Assembly: GCA_951406725.2 (NCBI GenBank)
Contig: OX597831.1
Location: 21,638,001-21,702,000, forward strand
Direction: 5' to 3'
DNA length: 64,000 nucleotides
Source: Octopus vulgaris
Taxonomy: Eukaryota
Shown here: positions 40,578 to 56,394 of the stretch, in pieces
Numbering within the stretch: position 1 is the stretch's first letter
Layout of the letters: every line of letters begins with the position of its first letter
The notes under the pieces: model-generated
Databases searched by the model: none
Told to the model about the DNA's origin: nothing
Seen by the model: only the letters and a program-made list of their open reading frames with translations
Made by a program: the position numbers and the translations under genes

Positions 40578-41722
40578 GCACATACACTTGAAGTGGATGT
40601 GGTATGTGTTCGAATACCCATGTCTCTGTGAAAGATTGTACGATAGGAACAGAAATCTGCCACGTTTCGGGCACTTATATACACAAAAAAAACAGCCGTA
40701 CTTTCTGTTATTCAACGATATATTTTGTCTGAACTATGATTATCATGAGACGAAAGTTGTGAATGGGTCGGAAAAGTTTGAATATTTTCACCTTTAGATA
40801 TTATGACTACACACACACACATACACACACACACACTACACACAAACACACACAAATACACACACACATATACATACATATCCATATATACATACACGTG
40901 TATACCTATACATTTATATTCGTACATATATATGTATATATGTGTGCTTGTACGTAAACATATATATATGTGTATCTGTGAATTTGTGGGAGGTGTGTGT
41001 ATTTGTATATATATATATATATACATGTATATATGCTTATACACTTATAAATGTGTATAGATGTGCATACATATACATAATTTGAAGGAAACATTGTATA
41101 CTGTATATATATATATATTTATATATATATATCTATATATATATATATATATGTTTGTGTGCTTGTGTATGTATGTGTTTGTGTATGTATGTGTTTGTGT
41201 GCTCGTGTATGTCTGTGTTTGTCTGTATTTGTGTGCGCATTCGTTTACATATTTCTATATTTCTTACTGGAAATCGAAAAATCTAAAATGGCGTCAAAAT
41301 ATGTCAGATGTAATTTTCCTTCGTTACCACTGTGAATGTGAGAGAAAGCAACAAGCTAATTCATTGCTGTATGTCATAATTAGTTTATATTGCCATCTAA
41401 ATGTTTTGTAAATTCACGGCAAATATTTTAAAATCACTGACATGACAATTATCTCTGTATGTGTCTCATTAGTATATGGCAAGTCTATTTACATATGAAG
41501 TTTCAGTTGTGAAATAGTTTGCTTTTGTCATTCTTGCATTTCATTATAATCCAATTACATTATTCTGAAAAATGTTAGAAGCAAGCAATGCAAGAGGAAT
41601 ATTGGATTTTTAGAATAATTGGCTTTCAGTGTTTTGCTGTGTTGTTATATATTCCAAGCTAAAATTTCCACTGGAGTTCAAATTTGCATTTAAACAATGA
41701 TGGGATTCATAAAAGATATTGT

Positions 41723-41992
<270 letters not shown>

Positions 41993-43058
41993 TATTGAAG
42001 AATTGCACTCATGACAGAATAAGACAACTTGTATATGCTATATTATTGTTGCGTCCATTTGAATGCTAACTGAATGAACCTGCTGTGGAAAGGCAGATTT
42101 GCTTTCCTTTCTAAAGGCAATGACAACAAATATATAAGACATGCAATAGGATCCGATATAAATCACTAGCATACCCTCCGAAGTGACTCCGCTACTAAGT
42201 GCTAACATCATCATGAGAATCTGTAGATATAATAATAGTTAAATTCAACGAACTATATTTTCATCGTACGTATTCAGAAAAGTAAAAAAAAATTGGGACA
42301 CTGCTATCCAACTATATTGAGCACTTAAAATATCCAAAACATGTGACTCATTTAATCATTCTTCGGAATTTAACTCCAGTGGTACAGACCCTTTAGAAGT
42401 TGTTGTTGTTTATCGCTCTTGCAGACAGCATTATGGACAAAAAATAATAATCTCTAAACAGCACATCAGAATTCTTTGGAAAATGCCACGATTTTGATAA
42501 ATATCGTTAAACCACTCATACTGTAAACTATACTACTTTATTACGCATTCTAGCTGGATTCTAACCGACAGACTTTATTACATTATACTTCATATCATTA
42601 CCGACTTTGATATTTTTAAATGCTTAACCATTCTCGCGGATTATCATTTAGCAGAATGGATGAATACATAACTAGTCACCAGCAATAATCACACTCCTAC
42701 ATTTCGGCATTTAGTGACAGCTCAGTAGTACAGTCTCTAGTTCTCAGTACATTTTATGATTTAAAATATGTTTGCAGATTGCAGCTCATCCTTAGTGAAA
42801 TACATTTTAAGGTCTTCACGATATAATATGAGTGTGCATCTGCGCGCACAAACAAACACACACTCACACACACTTATGTATGCATGTATAGGTGGATATA
42901 ATGCCCATCCTCGCTACTTTCACCCACCCGACATTTTAAGCATAAAATTGTTTGTAACAATATATATTTATATTTCACTTGGGTATTGCGATATTAATAA
43001 ACTGGTATAGATCTCAATTTGGGTATACTTCCCAACAAGGCGTTAGTCGAGTACAGGG

Positions 43059-43135
43059 GGCTCCGACGAAGCTATAAGGACTCAGCCACTCTAAAATGAG
43101 CCAGATGCATCATATAGCGGAAACAGCCGTAAATG
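43059..43135 (+). ncRNA. Degenerate hammerhead motif
   Basis: CCGACGA A GCTATA...TATAGC G GAAA CAGCCG TA. Stem II intact, U4 changed to C, stem I no longer pairs. Confidence 0.5.
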
Positions 43136-43275
43136 AATGAAGTTCATCAGATAATTGTTTACTCCTTTGTCATTACTTTTTCATTTCTTTCTCTCTGTCT
43201 GTCTTTCTCTCTCTCTACTCCCTCTCCCTCCCTCTCTCTCTCTCTCTCTCTCTCTATCTCTTTATATATATGTGG

Positions 43276-43312
<37 letters not shown>

Positions 43313-43349
43313 GAAACAGTGAGGGAGAGAAAGATAGAGAGTGAATGAG

Positions 43350-44720
<1,371 letters not shown>

Positions 44721-45150
44721 AGAATGGTGGATAGATAGATAGATAGATATTCATATGCTTATGTATTTCTGTCTTTCCCTTTTCTCTCTCTCTCTCTCTC
44801 TCTGTATGTGTGTGTATGTAAACGCGTGTACATTTGCTTCAATATAGATTCATATATGCACATATATGTACATACACAAAGATACGAACACACACGCAAA
44901 AAATACTCTCACAAACACACTTATGCATGCACCTGCACACACACACACACACACATACGCACACATGCACACAGAGGCAGTTGCACATATATACATCCAC
45001 CTACGCATATTTATACACAAAAGGTTATTTTCATCTCCATGTCCCAGAGTGATATTCTTAAATTAAAATAATTTTTCCTGCAAGACACTTGGTGCGTTCC
45101 AACCAAACTTGATTATCGACGTTCACACCATTCGCCCTCTCCAGCTATAG

Positions 45151-45190
<40 letters not shown>

Positions 45191-46147
45191 GCGCACACAC
45201 AAACACACACACACACACACAGACACGCACACACACACACACATACACACATATACGTATATTGTATATATCCGTATATATATTGCACATATGACATGCA
45301 ATTCTTTGGGCAGTTCATTTATCTGCTCGTTGTAAAGGTAAGTGGCTTAATGCTTGAATCTTCTTCATCGTCATCTTCGTCGCCGTCCTCTTCCTCCTCC
45401 CCCTCCTCCTCCTCCTCCTCATCACCATCATCATCTTCATTATTTGCCATTTCTTTTAGTGTCACTGCATTAACGACTTATGGAATTATGTCAAATATCT
45501 GTGGCCATATGCAAAAACAAACAAAAAAAAAACGGTTCCAGTTACCAAGGGACTCCATCTTGTAAAATAGTCCTGTTGTCTTGCAATGTTCTGAAAAATG
45601 CAGGTAATTTCAGTCTTTCTGATATCGGTGGTAAAAGGCACTCACTGTATGGTGAACAACATTGAAAGGACTGAAGACAGACACTTTCCTCTTCCGCCAA
45701 GCCCTCATCGACATTTTTTCAAGTTCTACTTGAAAGACGAAGGCAAGGGTGGAGAGGGAGGTGCTGCCCTCCAGTAACGGTGGATGAGAGTGGCGGGAAT
45801 AATCCACGTGTATGGAGCTTATCTTTCAGCCAGCACTAGTCAGTGAATACAGGTAGGGGTAAGTTCTTGTTCTTGTAAGTATGAGTAACACGTGAGCTGT
45901 TCCATTTAATCAGGAGTCTTCTTTAGTTTTTACTTCATATACAGATAGTTTTCAGGTACGTTTTTCGTTCTTTCGGCCATTATTGTTACATTTTCCTTGC
46001 AATATTTCCTCGTTCAAAAACCTAGTGGTGTCTAAAAGAAACCGCCGTTCCATCTTCCTCATCATCCTCATTGTTGTCGTCCTTCTCTCCACACATCTTC
46101 ATCCTTATCTCATCACTGTAATCATTATCATCATCATCATTATTATT

Positions 46148-46948
46148 AAGAGACAGAGAGCAGCACCTGCCATGAAAGTGATGTTGGTCCCCAAACATAG
46201 CAAGCCCAATATAATCATCATGACAACACGTCTGATAAGGGTACACAAGGTACATGCATCACCCCCATATGCATTCGACATGGTGGCCTACTATCAGGAT
46301 ATATATCACATGACCTTACAAGTTGAGCGTGAGTTAGAAATGTTATTATTATTATGGTTGTTGATGGTGTTGTTGCTGAGTGAGAGAGCAGTGCATGCCA
46401 TCAAAGTGACACTGGGGTAAAATATACAAAGCCCAGTATACACATCATGACTACCTGTCTGATAAGGTTTCACTAGGTACATGGGTACACTAGGTACATG
46501 CATCACAACATGTGCGCGACATGGTGATCTCATATCAAGGTAAACAGTATATGAACTTGCAGGTGGGGAAAAATTAGAATTTTCTTCAGGCCGAGTAGCC
46601 CATCCCACTCAAAAGGACTCTGAATAAGGGTTGTTTAAGGATGATGAACAAAACACCCATGTTTCCAAGGGTGAATTATCCAAATCGTAAAGAATTTCTC
46701 TCAACACATGGCTATGATATCTCCCACTATTTCTGCTCATGATCAGAGATGCACATAACATCATCCATTAAGGGACATGCTCAACTGATTAAGGTCAAAC
46801 AACTTACAAGCAAATTTGTGGTATTGAGCAGAATATTTGCTGTAATCTATCTTTTATACCAAGACAAAACAATTTACATGATAACACTTCCGATCAGATG
46901 AGATCAGAATACATGAGAGGCACTGCCTGCTACAGCATCAGGGCATTT
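46148..46948 (-). mobile_element. Family D: full copy (46378-46948) plus partial copy (46148-46330)
   Basis: Reverse-complement homology to 31220-31771; flanked by (ATT)n. Confidence 0.8.
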
Positions 46949-46954
46949 GTTATA

Positions 46955-47007
<53 letters not shown>

Positions 47008-47029
47008 AAAAATCTTATCATAAATAATC

Positions 47030-47231
47030 ATTTTTACAATAGGCACAATAGGCTGAAATTTTGTAGGAGGGGACCCGTCGATTAAACTGCCCCCAGTGCG
47101 TAACTGGTACTTAAATTATCGACACCGAAAAGATGAAAGTCGGCCCAGGCGGCACTGAACTCAGAACACGAGGACAGACGAAATGGCGCTAAGTATTTCG
47201 CCCGGCGTGCTAACGATTCGGCCAGCTCGCC

Positions 47232-47232
<1 letters not shown>
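47030..47232 (-). mobile_element. SINE family B variant
   Basis: ccccagtgcgtaactggtact...actcagaac...gctaacgattcggccagctcgcc. Confidence 0.8.
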
Positions 47233-47306
<74 letters not shown>

Positions 47307-47308
47307 TG

Positions 47309-47369
<61 letters not shown>

Positions 47370-47429
47370 TAATATTGATAATAATAACAGGGAATTACAT
47401 AGAAGGGAGCTAAGAAGTATATTAAGCAG

Positions 47430-47628
47430 CTCCCTTAAACACCCCTTATTCAGGGACCTTTTGAGCAGTATGGCCTACTCGACCTGTTTATCTTGATATG
47501 AGATCACCATATCGTGTTCATATGTTTGTGATGCATGTACCTGGTGTATTCATATCAGACGGGTAGCCATTATGGGATTCGTATATTTGTACGGCAGTGT
47601 CAATTGATGGCACGCACTGTTCTCTTAC

Positions 47629-47630
<2 letters not shown>
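47430..47630 (+). mobile_element. Family D fragment
   Basis: ttattcagggaccttttgagc...tttatcttgatatgagatcaccat matches 31540-31770. Confidence 0.75.
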
Positions 47631-47700
<70 letters not shown>

Positions 47701-47720
47701 TGATAATAATAATAATGATG

Positions 47721-47793
<73 letters not shown>

Positions 47794-47801
47794 TGATGAT
47801 G

Positions 47802-47841
<40 letters not shown>

Positions 47842-47849
47842 TGATGATG

Positions 47850-47904
<55 letters not shown>

Positions 47905-47934
47905 TGATGATGATAATAATACTAATACTACTAC

Positions 47935-47970
<36 letters not shown>

Positions 47971-48044
47971 TGATGATGATGATAATAATAATAATAATAA
48001 TAATAATGATGATGATGATGATAATAATAATAATAATAATAATG

Positions 48045-48099
<55 letters not shown>

Positions 48100-48110
48100 T
48101 GATGATGATG

Positions 48111-48156
<46 letters not shown>

Positions 48157-48173
48157 TGATAATAATGATGATG

Positions 48174-48238
<65 letters not shown>
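47631..48238. repeat. ~600-bp (AAT)n/(GAT)n microsatellite
   Basis: Direct reading. Confidence 0.97.
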
Positions 48239-48240
<2 letters not shown>

Positions 48241-48276
48241 CAGTGATCGTAGGAGCCATATATTTCCAGATTAACC

Positions 48277-48625
48277 ATAGATTGAGAAAATGTGGCGTCT
48301 CAAGGCGGTTACAATACTAGTGATCGTAGGAGCATTAGGAATGATCAAGAAGGGAACCGAAAATTATATTAGAATGATCCCTAGCTTACCATCCCTGCAA
48401 GAAGTGCAAAAGATTGTCTTAACTGGTACATCACACGTATTGAGAAGAGCATTGTCGATGTGAGAACTGTTGCTGCTCATGTATTTTAATTTAACTTAAA
48501 AAAAAATGAACGAACTATTGAGTTTGGTTTAATGGCCTACCAATGTATACTAAGAGTTTCTTTGCCCTAGGAGTCGGGAAGACACTCGGCAAGAAATAGA
48601 AGCAAATTTGAAAGAAGAAAAAAAA
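48277..48625 (+). mobile_element. R4/Dong-clade LINE 3' end
   Basis: IEKMWRLKAVTILVIVGALGMIKKGTENYIRMIPSLPSLQEVQKIVLTGTSHVLRRALSM*, then 3' UTR; (AAT)n on both sides. Confidence 0.88.
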
Positions 48626-49231
48626 AGTAATAATAACAATAATAATAAAAGTAGTAGTAGTTGTAGTAGTAGCAGTTATAGGAGCAGCATTAGCAGTAGA
48701 TGCCACAGCCAGCGTTGCAGTTACATAAACGTAAGATTTCCCATCAAAACGTAATCATCCAAAGCAAACAAGGTTTAATGTCTGATTGAAATGAATCTAA
48801 AAGTTTAGATTATTTCAATTACGTTTATCTTGTTTTCTTTTCTATGTGTTTTATCTCTCTCTCTCTCTTTCTTTTTTTTTCTTTTTTGTTGTCTTAAGTG
48901 GTTGCAACACGTTCTAATTGTCATTATCTCTGCAACAGAACCTTCATTAATGAAAGCATGCTAAAATAGATTAATTGTAAAGACACTTGTATTATTATGG
49001 AAAAGGCAATGGAATTTAGATGATGGAGTTCTTGATCTGAAAGTGTTTTTAAGCTGTGGTTTGACGCAATTGTAATTATCTCTTGAACAGAAATGTATTT
49101 TGTATTTACAACAGCGACGAGTCAATGAGAATGCGCCTATTTGATTGCTAGAAATAGCAAGCAAGTCTCACAAATAATATTCTGGTCATGTCTATTTATC
49201 ATCTATCTATCAATCTATATACATACATGTA

Positions 49232-49374
<143 letters not shown>

Positions 49375-49510
49375 ATATATATATATATATTATATATATA
49401 TATATCTTTATACCGGAGTAGGCACATAAATGTGAAACAAGGTGGAAAAAAGAGTACTCAAACACCAGAGGTAGAGTAGTATGCCTTATTTAAAAGTAGC
49501 AGAAATAAAG

Positions 49511-49612
<102 letters not shown>

Positions 49613-49634
49613 AATATATATATACATATATATT

Positions 49635-50016
49635 ACCTGTTACTTGATTCAGCCATATAACTGGGGCCTTGCTGGGCCTCGACTTTCAAAAATTTTTAGT
49701 CGAAAAGATCGACTACTGTTTTGTAAAGCCTGATTTTTATTCTATCGGCATCTTTTGCCGAACTGCTAATTTACTGGGTCGTCAGGTCACAAATATCGGT
49801 TGTCAAGCGGTGAGGAAGGACAGATAAGGACACAAGGACTATCACACAGACATATGTGCGCGCACATACTCACGCGCACTCCCCCACACACACATATACA
49901 CGCACACACGCTCGCACGCACGCGCACATCCTTCGATTTCCATCCACCAAATCCACGCTGAAAGCTTTGGTCGCTTCGAGGCTACAGTCGAATATAATTC
50001 TCCAAGGTGCCACGCA
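49635..50016 (-). mobile_element. SINE family A, old copy
   Basis: ttctatcggcatcttttgccgaactgctaa...cggttgtcaagcg...ccaaggtgccacgca. Confidence 0.75.
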
Positions 50017-50209
50017 ATAGTAAATAGCTCCTCTTGTCACTTACTCTGACAATTATTTAAAAATTAATGCTATTAATTTTCTCATTAATGCTATTAATTT
50101 TCTCACAATTCTTTACTAAAGACCCATAATCTTCACTGAATAGTTTCATACATAGACAAGAAAATGTGTCTCTAGGCTCTAAAAGAAAAAATTATATGCT
50201 AAAAGGTAT

Positions 50210-50324
<115 letters not shown>

Positions 50325-50509
50325 CAATAAGAGGCTACCAAATTGGAAATTGTTTTTTGTGTTCTAGCACAACGTTTTCCTATTTGGAAGCCTCTTATTG
50401 TATTTCTATATGAATAATATATAGTCTAATGACTAATTCGTTTTTGTGTTAGGCTACTGGTAATAATAATTTATTATTACCCTATTTTATTATATATATA
50501 TATATATAT

Positions 50510-50721
50510 GACCGCCATGTTGAATCGTTAGCTCCTGCACGCATTTTTTTCTCTCCTTGTTTCTCTCCGTGTTTCTTTGCTGTGTATCTTTCTGTTGAAG
50601 AGCGTAGGCTCGAAACGTAAAAGCCTTGTTTTATTTCTATTCCTGAGCGCCATACTAATACAATTGTTTGTTTGTACCCCACCTGCCTTCGTCTTTTGTT
50701 TATTTTCGTAAAGCTTCCCGT
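50510..50721 (+). mobile_element. Short (TA)n-embedded hammerhead element (CUGUUGA variant)
   Basis: (TA)n on both sides; 50588-50623 CTTT CTGTTGA A GAGC GTAG GCTC GAAA CG TA AAAG with perfect stems I and II. Confidence 0.8.
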
Positions 50722-51382
50722 TATATATATATATATATACTTTCAGTATGGTAGATGAGTTCAACAAAACTTTAGATTCAGATGAATATAGTACCTAAGT
50801 TGAGGCACCAGAATTTAGTACGATATTATCCATACAATTTAAAGTAAGGTTCCCTGCTGCGCTTGAGTGGGGTCTGCCTCATAAGCGACTGTGATTTTAA
50901 TCACCTTACTATATGTATATACATGGCAATAAGAAAATGGAGGGGATCAAGAGGTGTTATTCATCAATTTTTAGACATTATATCATGTCCATGTGTTTTT
51001 GAAAAATCAGTTATAACAATACATATATATATATAAATATTATGCTTTACATATGTAAAAAATACCAGTTATTATTAAAAATTAATATGTTATATATGTA
51101 TGTATATTGTTATAATTGATTTTTTTAAAAAAGTAAATAAATAGACATAATATAATGTCTAAAAGTTGAAGAATACTACCTCTTGATACCCTCCATTTTC
51201 GTATTGCCGTATAAATTTAGGATAAAACAACGTTTTACCCTCACCCATGTATTATAATCAGTAGTGTAACTGCCGTGCAATGAAAAAGCATTTGTGTATT
51301 CATAATTGGTTATTCTACCACATTGTATTGGATAGAGATTACCCCCTAGATGATTGAATTCCAAACTCTAACTCCCTTGGAA

Positions 51383-51451
<69 letters not shown>

Positions 51452-51455
51452 TATA

Positions 51456-51701
51456 TTCAATATGCGACCACGTGTGTATCGTTGGCGATTTTCTTTCTCC
51501 GTTTTCCCTTCCTTGAACCTTTCCTCTTTCTATGTTTCTGACGAAACGAATAGCTCTGCTCGAAACGTTAAATCCTCCTTTGTGTGGAAGAGCGTAGGCT
51601 CGAAACGTTAAAGCTTTTTTTCCCGAGCGTTAAACTAATACATAAGTCTGTTGTCTACACCAACTGTCTTCGTCTTTTGTTTTTTTTATGAATTCTCCCT
51701 A
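51456..51701 (+). mobile_element. Short (TA)n-embedded element with two tandem hammerhead motifs
   Basis: 51535-51572 TTT CTGACGA..AGC TCT GCT C GAAA CG TT AAA; 51578-51613 CTTT GTGTGGA A GAGC GTAG GCTC GAAA CG TT AAAG. Confidence 0.8.
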
Positions 51702-51704
51702 TAC

Positions 51705-51766
<62 letters not shown>

Positions 51767-52865
51767 ACATACATGCATGCATAGATACACACACGTACAC
51801 ACACACATACACATATATATAAAGGAAACCCCATTGTAGCCTATTTATTTATTTGTTTCCTCAGATGATAATGAAATACCGAGAACACACTTTCAGTTAG
51901 ACACTGTTATCTTTATCAGAGAGAGAAATGTGCCATTTGCAAAGCACTAAGCATATTCAAAAATGAAACACGGACGCAGACTCGGTGACATTATCAGCTG
52001 CCAGAGCCGCAAATATTTCTCATTATCCATTCATGTCTCACAATACAGAATATCCTAGAAAACTATTACGTTTGACGTTTTATTGAGAAGCAGAGGATTT
52101 ATGAACAGCAACATTTGACGCCGCTGCCAGCGCTGATGTTGTTTGTCTGTCGACATCGTCGTCGTCGTCGCCGTCGACATCATCGTCATCATCATCATCA
52201 TCATCATCATACTCCTCCCGCTCATCATCATATATGAAATCTAGGAAAAAGAGGTGTGCTCATAAAGAAATGCACGAAGTTTACCAAACCAAATTTTGCG
52301 AAATGCATGAATACACGTAAGCACACACACACACACACCCATACACACACAATCACAATCACACACACACGCACACAATCACATTCACACACACACACGC
52401 ACACGCGCGCGCACACCATGTGTATTGTGAAATATATCGTTGCTATTATGCTAAACTGCTGTATGTCCAAATTTGGTCATATGCGTTTTTTCTTTGCTTT
52501 TTCAGTATTTACTTTTTTTTCTTGCAATAGCCAGTTATTTTAATCAAACTATCGTATCTCCAGCTGCTTCAGTTGTCGAGGTATCAAAATTTGTCAAAGT
52601 GTAGCACAACGGTTTTTGTTAGGGAATGCTAAAACTAAATTTTCGTTTTCTGAAAAAGCAACGTTTTGGACTTACGACATTTTTGTATAACAGCAACGTT
52701 ATCTGTGTGTGCGTGTGTGTGTGTATGTGTGTGGTGTGTGTATTTGTGTGTGTGTCATCTCTCAGATTCACATAAGTATTAAATCCGTCCTTCAGTTTTT
52801 CTAAAGCCTGTGAAAGAACAGGAAAGTTTGGGCGTCCAGACAGGCCTTTTGCAATACATTTATTG

Positions 52866-52935
<70 letters not shown>

Positions 52936-53169
52936 ATGTGTGTGTGCGTGTGCGTGTTTGTCCTTGACAACCGGTGCTGGTGTTTTTATATCCTCCTACC
53001 ATAACATTTCGGCAAAAGAGATCGATAGAATATGTACCAGGCTTTAAAATGTACTAGGTTCTATTCATTGGAGAAAAAGTCCTTGAAGGTTGTGCCCCAG
53101 CATGGCCTCAGGCCTAATGACTGAAACAAGCGAAACATTAAAGAACAAAGACATACATATACGTACATA

Positions 53170-53615
53170 TGGTTTCCCTTCATGGCAGAATTAATAGACA
53201 AGACTATTTAAGCCTTTTATCTGAACAAATTCATCCTATGGTTGCGGAACTGTTTTCAGAGGGAAATGCTATCATTCAGGATGATAATGCACCAATTCAC
53301 ACAACTAAATTTGTTACTGAATAGCATGAGGAACATTCTAGTGAAGTTGAACATCTTATCTGGCCACCACAGTCCCCAGATCTCAATATTATTGAACATT
53401 TATGGTGCATCTTAGAAAAACAATTAAGGAGTCGATATCCTCCACCATCATCACTGAAGAATGGACATAAATTCCTTTAGAAGCATTTTAAACTTTGTTC
53501 GAGTCCATATCTCGTAGAATTCAAGCTGTAATTACTGCCAAAGGCGATCCTATCTCATATTAAAATAAATTTGCTTGAAATCTTAAGGTGTTTCCATTAT
53601 TTTGACCAACCCCTG
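53170..53615 (+). mobile_element. Tc1-like transposon 3' half with right TIR
   Basis: IIQDDNAPIHT...WPPQSPDLNIIEHLW (DD34E)...RRIQAVITAKG; ends ggtgtttccattattttgaccaacccctg. Confidence 0.92.
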
Positions 53616-54169
53616 TGTATAATATATATATAACACACACACATACATAATATATGTGTGTGCGTGCACGAGTATAATATATATATAACACACACACACA
53701 TACATAATATATGTGTGTTCACGTGTATGCTGTACTTGATACATTTACGTTGTCGTCTGACCACCATGAATATTAAAGAGATCTAATGACAGTTACACAG
53801 TAACGATTTGACAATACACGGATTGGTTGATGTTCCTTACATAAGTAATATGTAATCCCTGTTAAAGAGACACGCTTTACTTGACGAAACGAAATATCAT
53901 ATAACGGTGATGTTTGGTTTTAGAACATTTATAGAATATACATACGACTGTGTGTGTGTTTGTGTTTGTGTGTGTCGCAGGGTATTGATAAGAAAATGTC
54001 AGAGTTTGTTGAAATATTATTTATTAAGCGCTTTCATATCCGTTACAATTTTGGCATAAATCTGTGCACCACTACAAACGATCCATACTGTTTTTAAACA
54101 CAATACAAAATGAGAGGAAATTCTCAAGATAACGTACCTCAGATTCGTATCGACGCGCATGTATTCGTT

Positions 54170-54423
54170 TATTGCTTTAATTGTTTCAGCAATTTGACTG
54201 CGGCTATGCTGTAGCACACACCTTGGAGGATTTTCCTCAGACAAATCAATTCCAGGACTTTTATTTTTTAAGGCCTAGCTCTTATTCAAACGGAGTTTTT
54301 TTTTTTTTTTGCCGATTTGCTAAGTTACGGGGATATAAACACACCAATACCAGTTGCCAAGCGGTGATGCGAGGCCAAACACAGACACAACGACACACAC
54401 ATAAATATGTATATATATATGTG

Positions 54424-54496
<73 letters not shown>

Positions 54497-54661
54497 GTAT
54501 ATGTATATACATATATGGCGGGCTTCTTTCAGTTTCCGTCTACTAAATCCACTCATAAGGCCTTGGTCGGCCCACGGCTATACTAAATGACACTTGCACA
54601 AAGTACCACGCTGTGGGACTGAACCCGGAACCATGTGGCTGGAAAGCTAGCGTCTTACCAC
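54170..54661 (-). mobile_element. SINE family A with expanded internal (TA)n
   Basis: Homology to 3141-3521. Confidence 0.85.
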
Positions 54662-55007
54662 GTCTACGTCATGGTATATTATTTGATTATATTTTTATAC
54701 CCATACGTATATGCACATACACACACACACACACACACACCTACGCACACGCAGACACAGACACAGATACAGATGCAGACACACGCACATACCCAGAGTC
54801 GATTCTTGGCGGAGCAAGAGCAGACACATCAAGGAAAGTTTTCCAGACAATGGACTTAAGATAAAATGAGAACAATAATAAACGCATGAAGAACGAATAC
54901 ACACTGCGTTTGTTTATTTGACAAACAAAAAATAACCATCCAGTAATATAACAATATACACTCACCCACATAAATACATCCCACCCACCCCCATATATAT
55001 ATATATG

Positions 55008-55044
<37 letters not shown>

Positions 55045-55050
<6 letters not shown>

Positions 55051-55133
55051 GAGGAGGCGCAATGGCCTAGTGGTTAGGGCAGCGGACGCGCGGTCGTAGT
55101 GACCTAACCACTAGGCCATTGCGCCTCCTCGTG

Positions 55134-55136
<3 letters not shown>
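55045..55136. repeat. Perfect fold-back palindrome made from a SINE-C head, inside (TA)n
   Basis: tacacgaggaggcgcaatggcctagtggttagg...cctaaccactaggccattgcgcctcctcgtgta. Confidence 0.92.
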
Positions 55137-55230
<94 letters not shown>

Positions 55231-55789
55231 CACCACTTGAATACTTGCAACAGAATTGGCTCCCTTGTCTTTACCCGACAAAATTATTTATTCTTTTATT
55301 TTGTGTTAAATATAAGGAACAAACTTTTTTAATAACATGTTTTACTCAATTAAAATTATTAATAATTTCAGTTATTAATTTGCAAAGGACAAATTTGTTA
55401 ATTATTCTAATTAAAAACAGACAATTAGGAAACACAAAATATATTATTAATTAGCCAAGTTAATTAACATAGGGGTTTTCTGATTAACATAATTATTAAC
55501 ATAACTATTAACATAATATTCCTGACGGCTCAGGGAAATCCATATATTAGATTAATTTACCATGGGTACGCCAATGCTGATCTACTCTACATCGAGCCTA
55601 CATAAACCAACTTTGCAAGGGTTCACCTGTGAAGAACTATCACGTGGAATGACGGACTGAACACACTGCAAAGAACGAGTTACGGCCAGCCGTGTCATAA
55701 ATACGAACCGATGTTTCTGATAATCATAAAATTAATTCATATGAATTTGATACGTTAGAGAAGATAGTTATATACATATACATTTATGA

Positions 55790-56154
55790 ACTCTTTTACT
55801 TGTTTCAGTCATTTGACTGTGGCCATGCTGGAGCACCGCCTTTAGTCGAGCAAATCGACCCCAGGACTTATTCTTTGTAAGCCTAGTACTTATTCCATCG
55901 GTCTCTTTTGCCGAACCGCTAAGTTACGGTGACGTAAACCCACCAGCATCGGTTGTCAAGCGATGTTGGGGGTGGGACAAACACAGTCACACAAACATAT
56001 ACACACACATATATATATTATGTAGAAGGCATTAATGCCCTCTATATAACATAAATAAATATGTTTAAGAGAAAAATTGGTGGATTTTTCTCTTATGAGG
56101 TTTTTCACGCTAACTACCTGATAAATTCTTATAAAGATTTTATTCTATTTTTAA

Positions 56155-56199
<45 letters not shown>

Positions 56200-56394
56200 G
56201 ACAGGCTTCTTTCAGTTTCCGTTTACCAAATCCACTCACAAGGCTTTAGTCGGCCCGAGGCTATAGAAGAAAACACTTGCTCAAGGTGCCACGCAGTGGG
56301 ACTGAACCCGGAACCATGTGCTTCCTAAGCAATCTACTTACCACACAGTCACTCCTACGGCTGTTACTACTTACCACACAGCCACTCCTGCGCC
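55790..56394 (-). mobile_element. SINE family A with ~150-bp insertion in its internal microsatellite and a duplicated 5' end
   Basis: Two halves match 3141-3521; tacttaccacacag(t/c)cactcct occurs twice at 56335-56394. Confidence 0.88.

Noticed and set aside
45314-45337. 24-nt micro-exon candidate (cAG...AAG|gtaagt)
   Set aside because: Splice-like motifs alone are expected by chance in 64 kb; no partner exons identified.
47535-48320. Longest ORF (261 aa)
   Set aside because: Entirely (AAT/GAT)n; only the last residues touch a LINE remnant.
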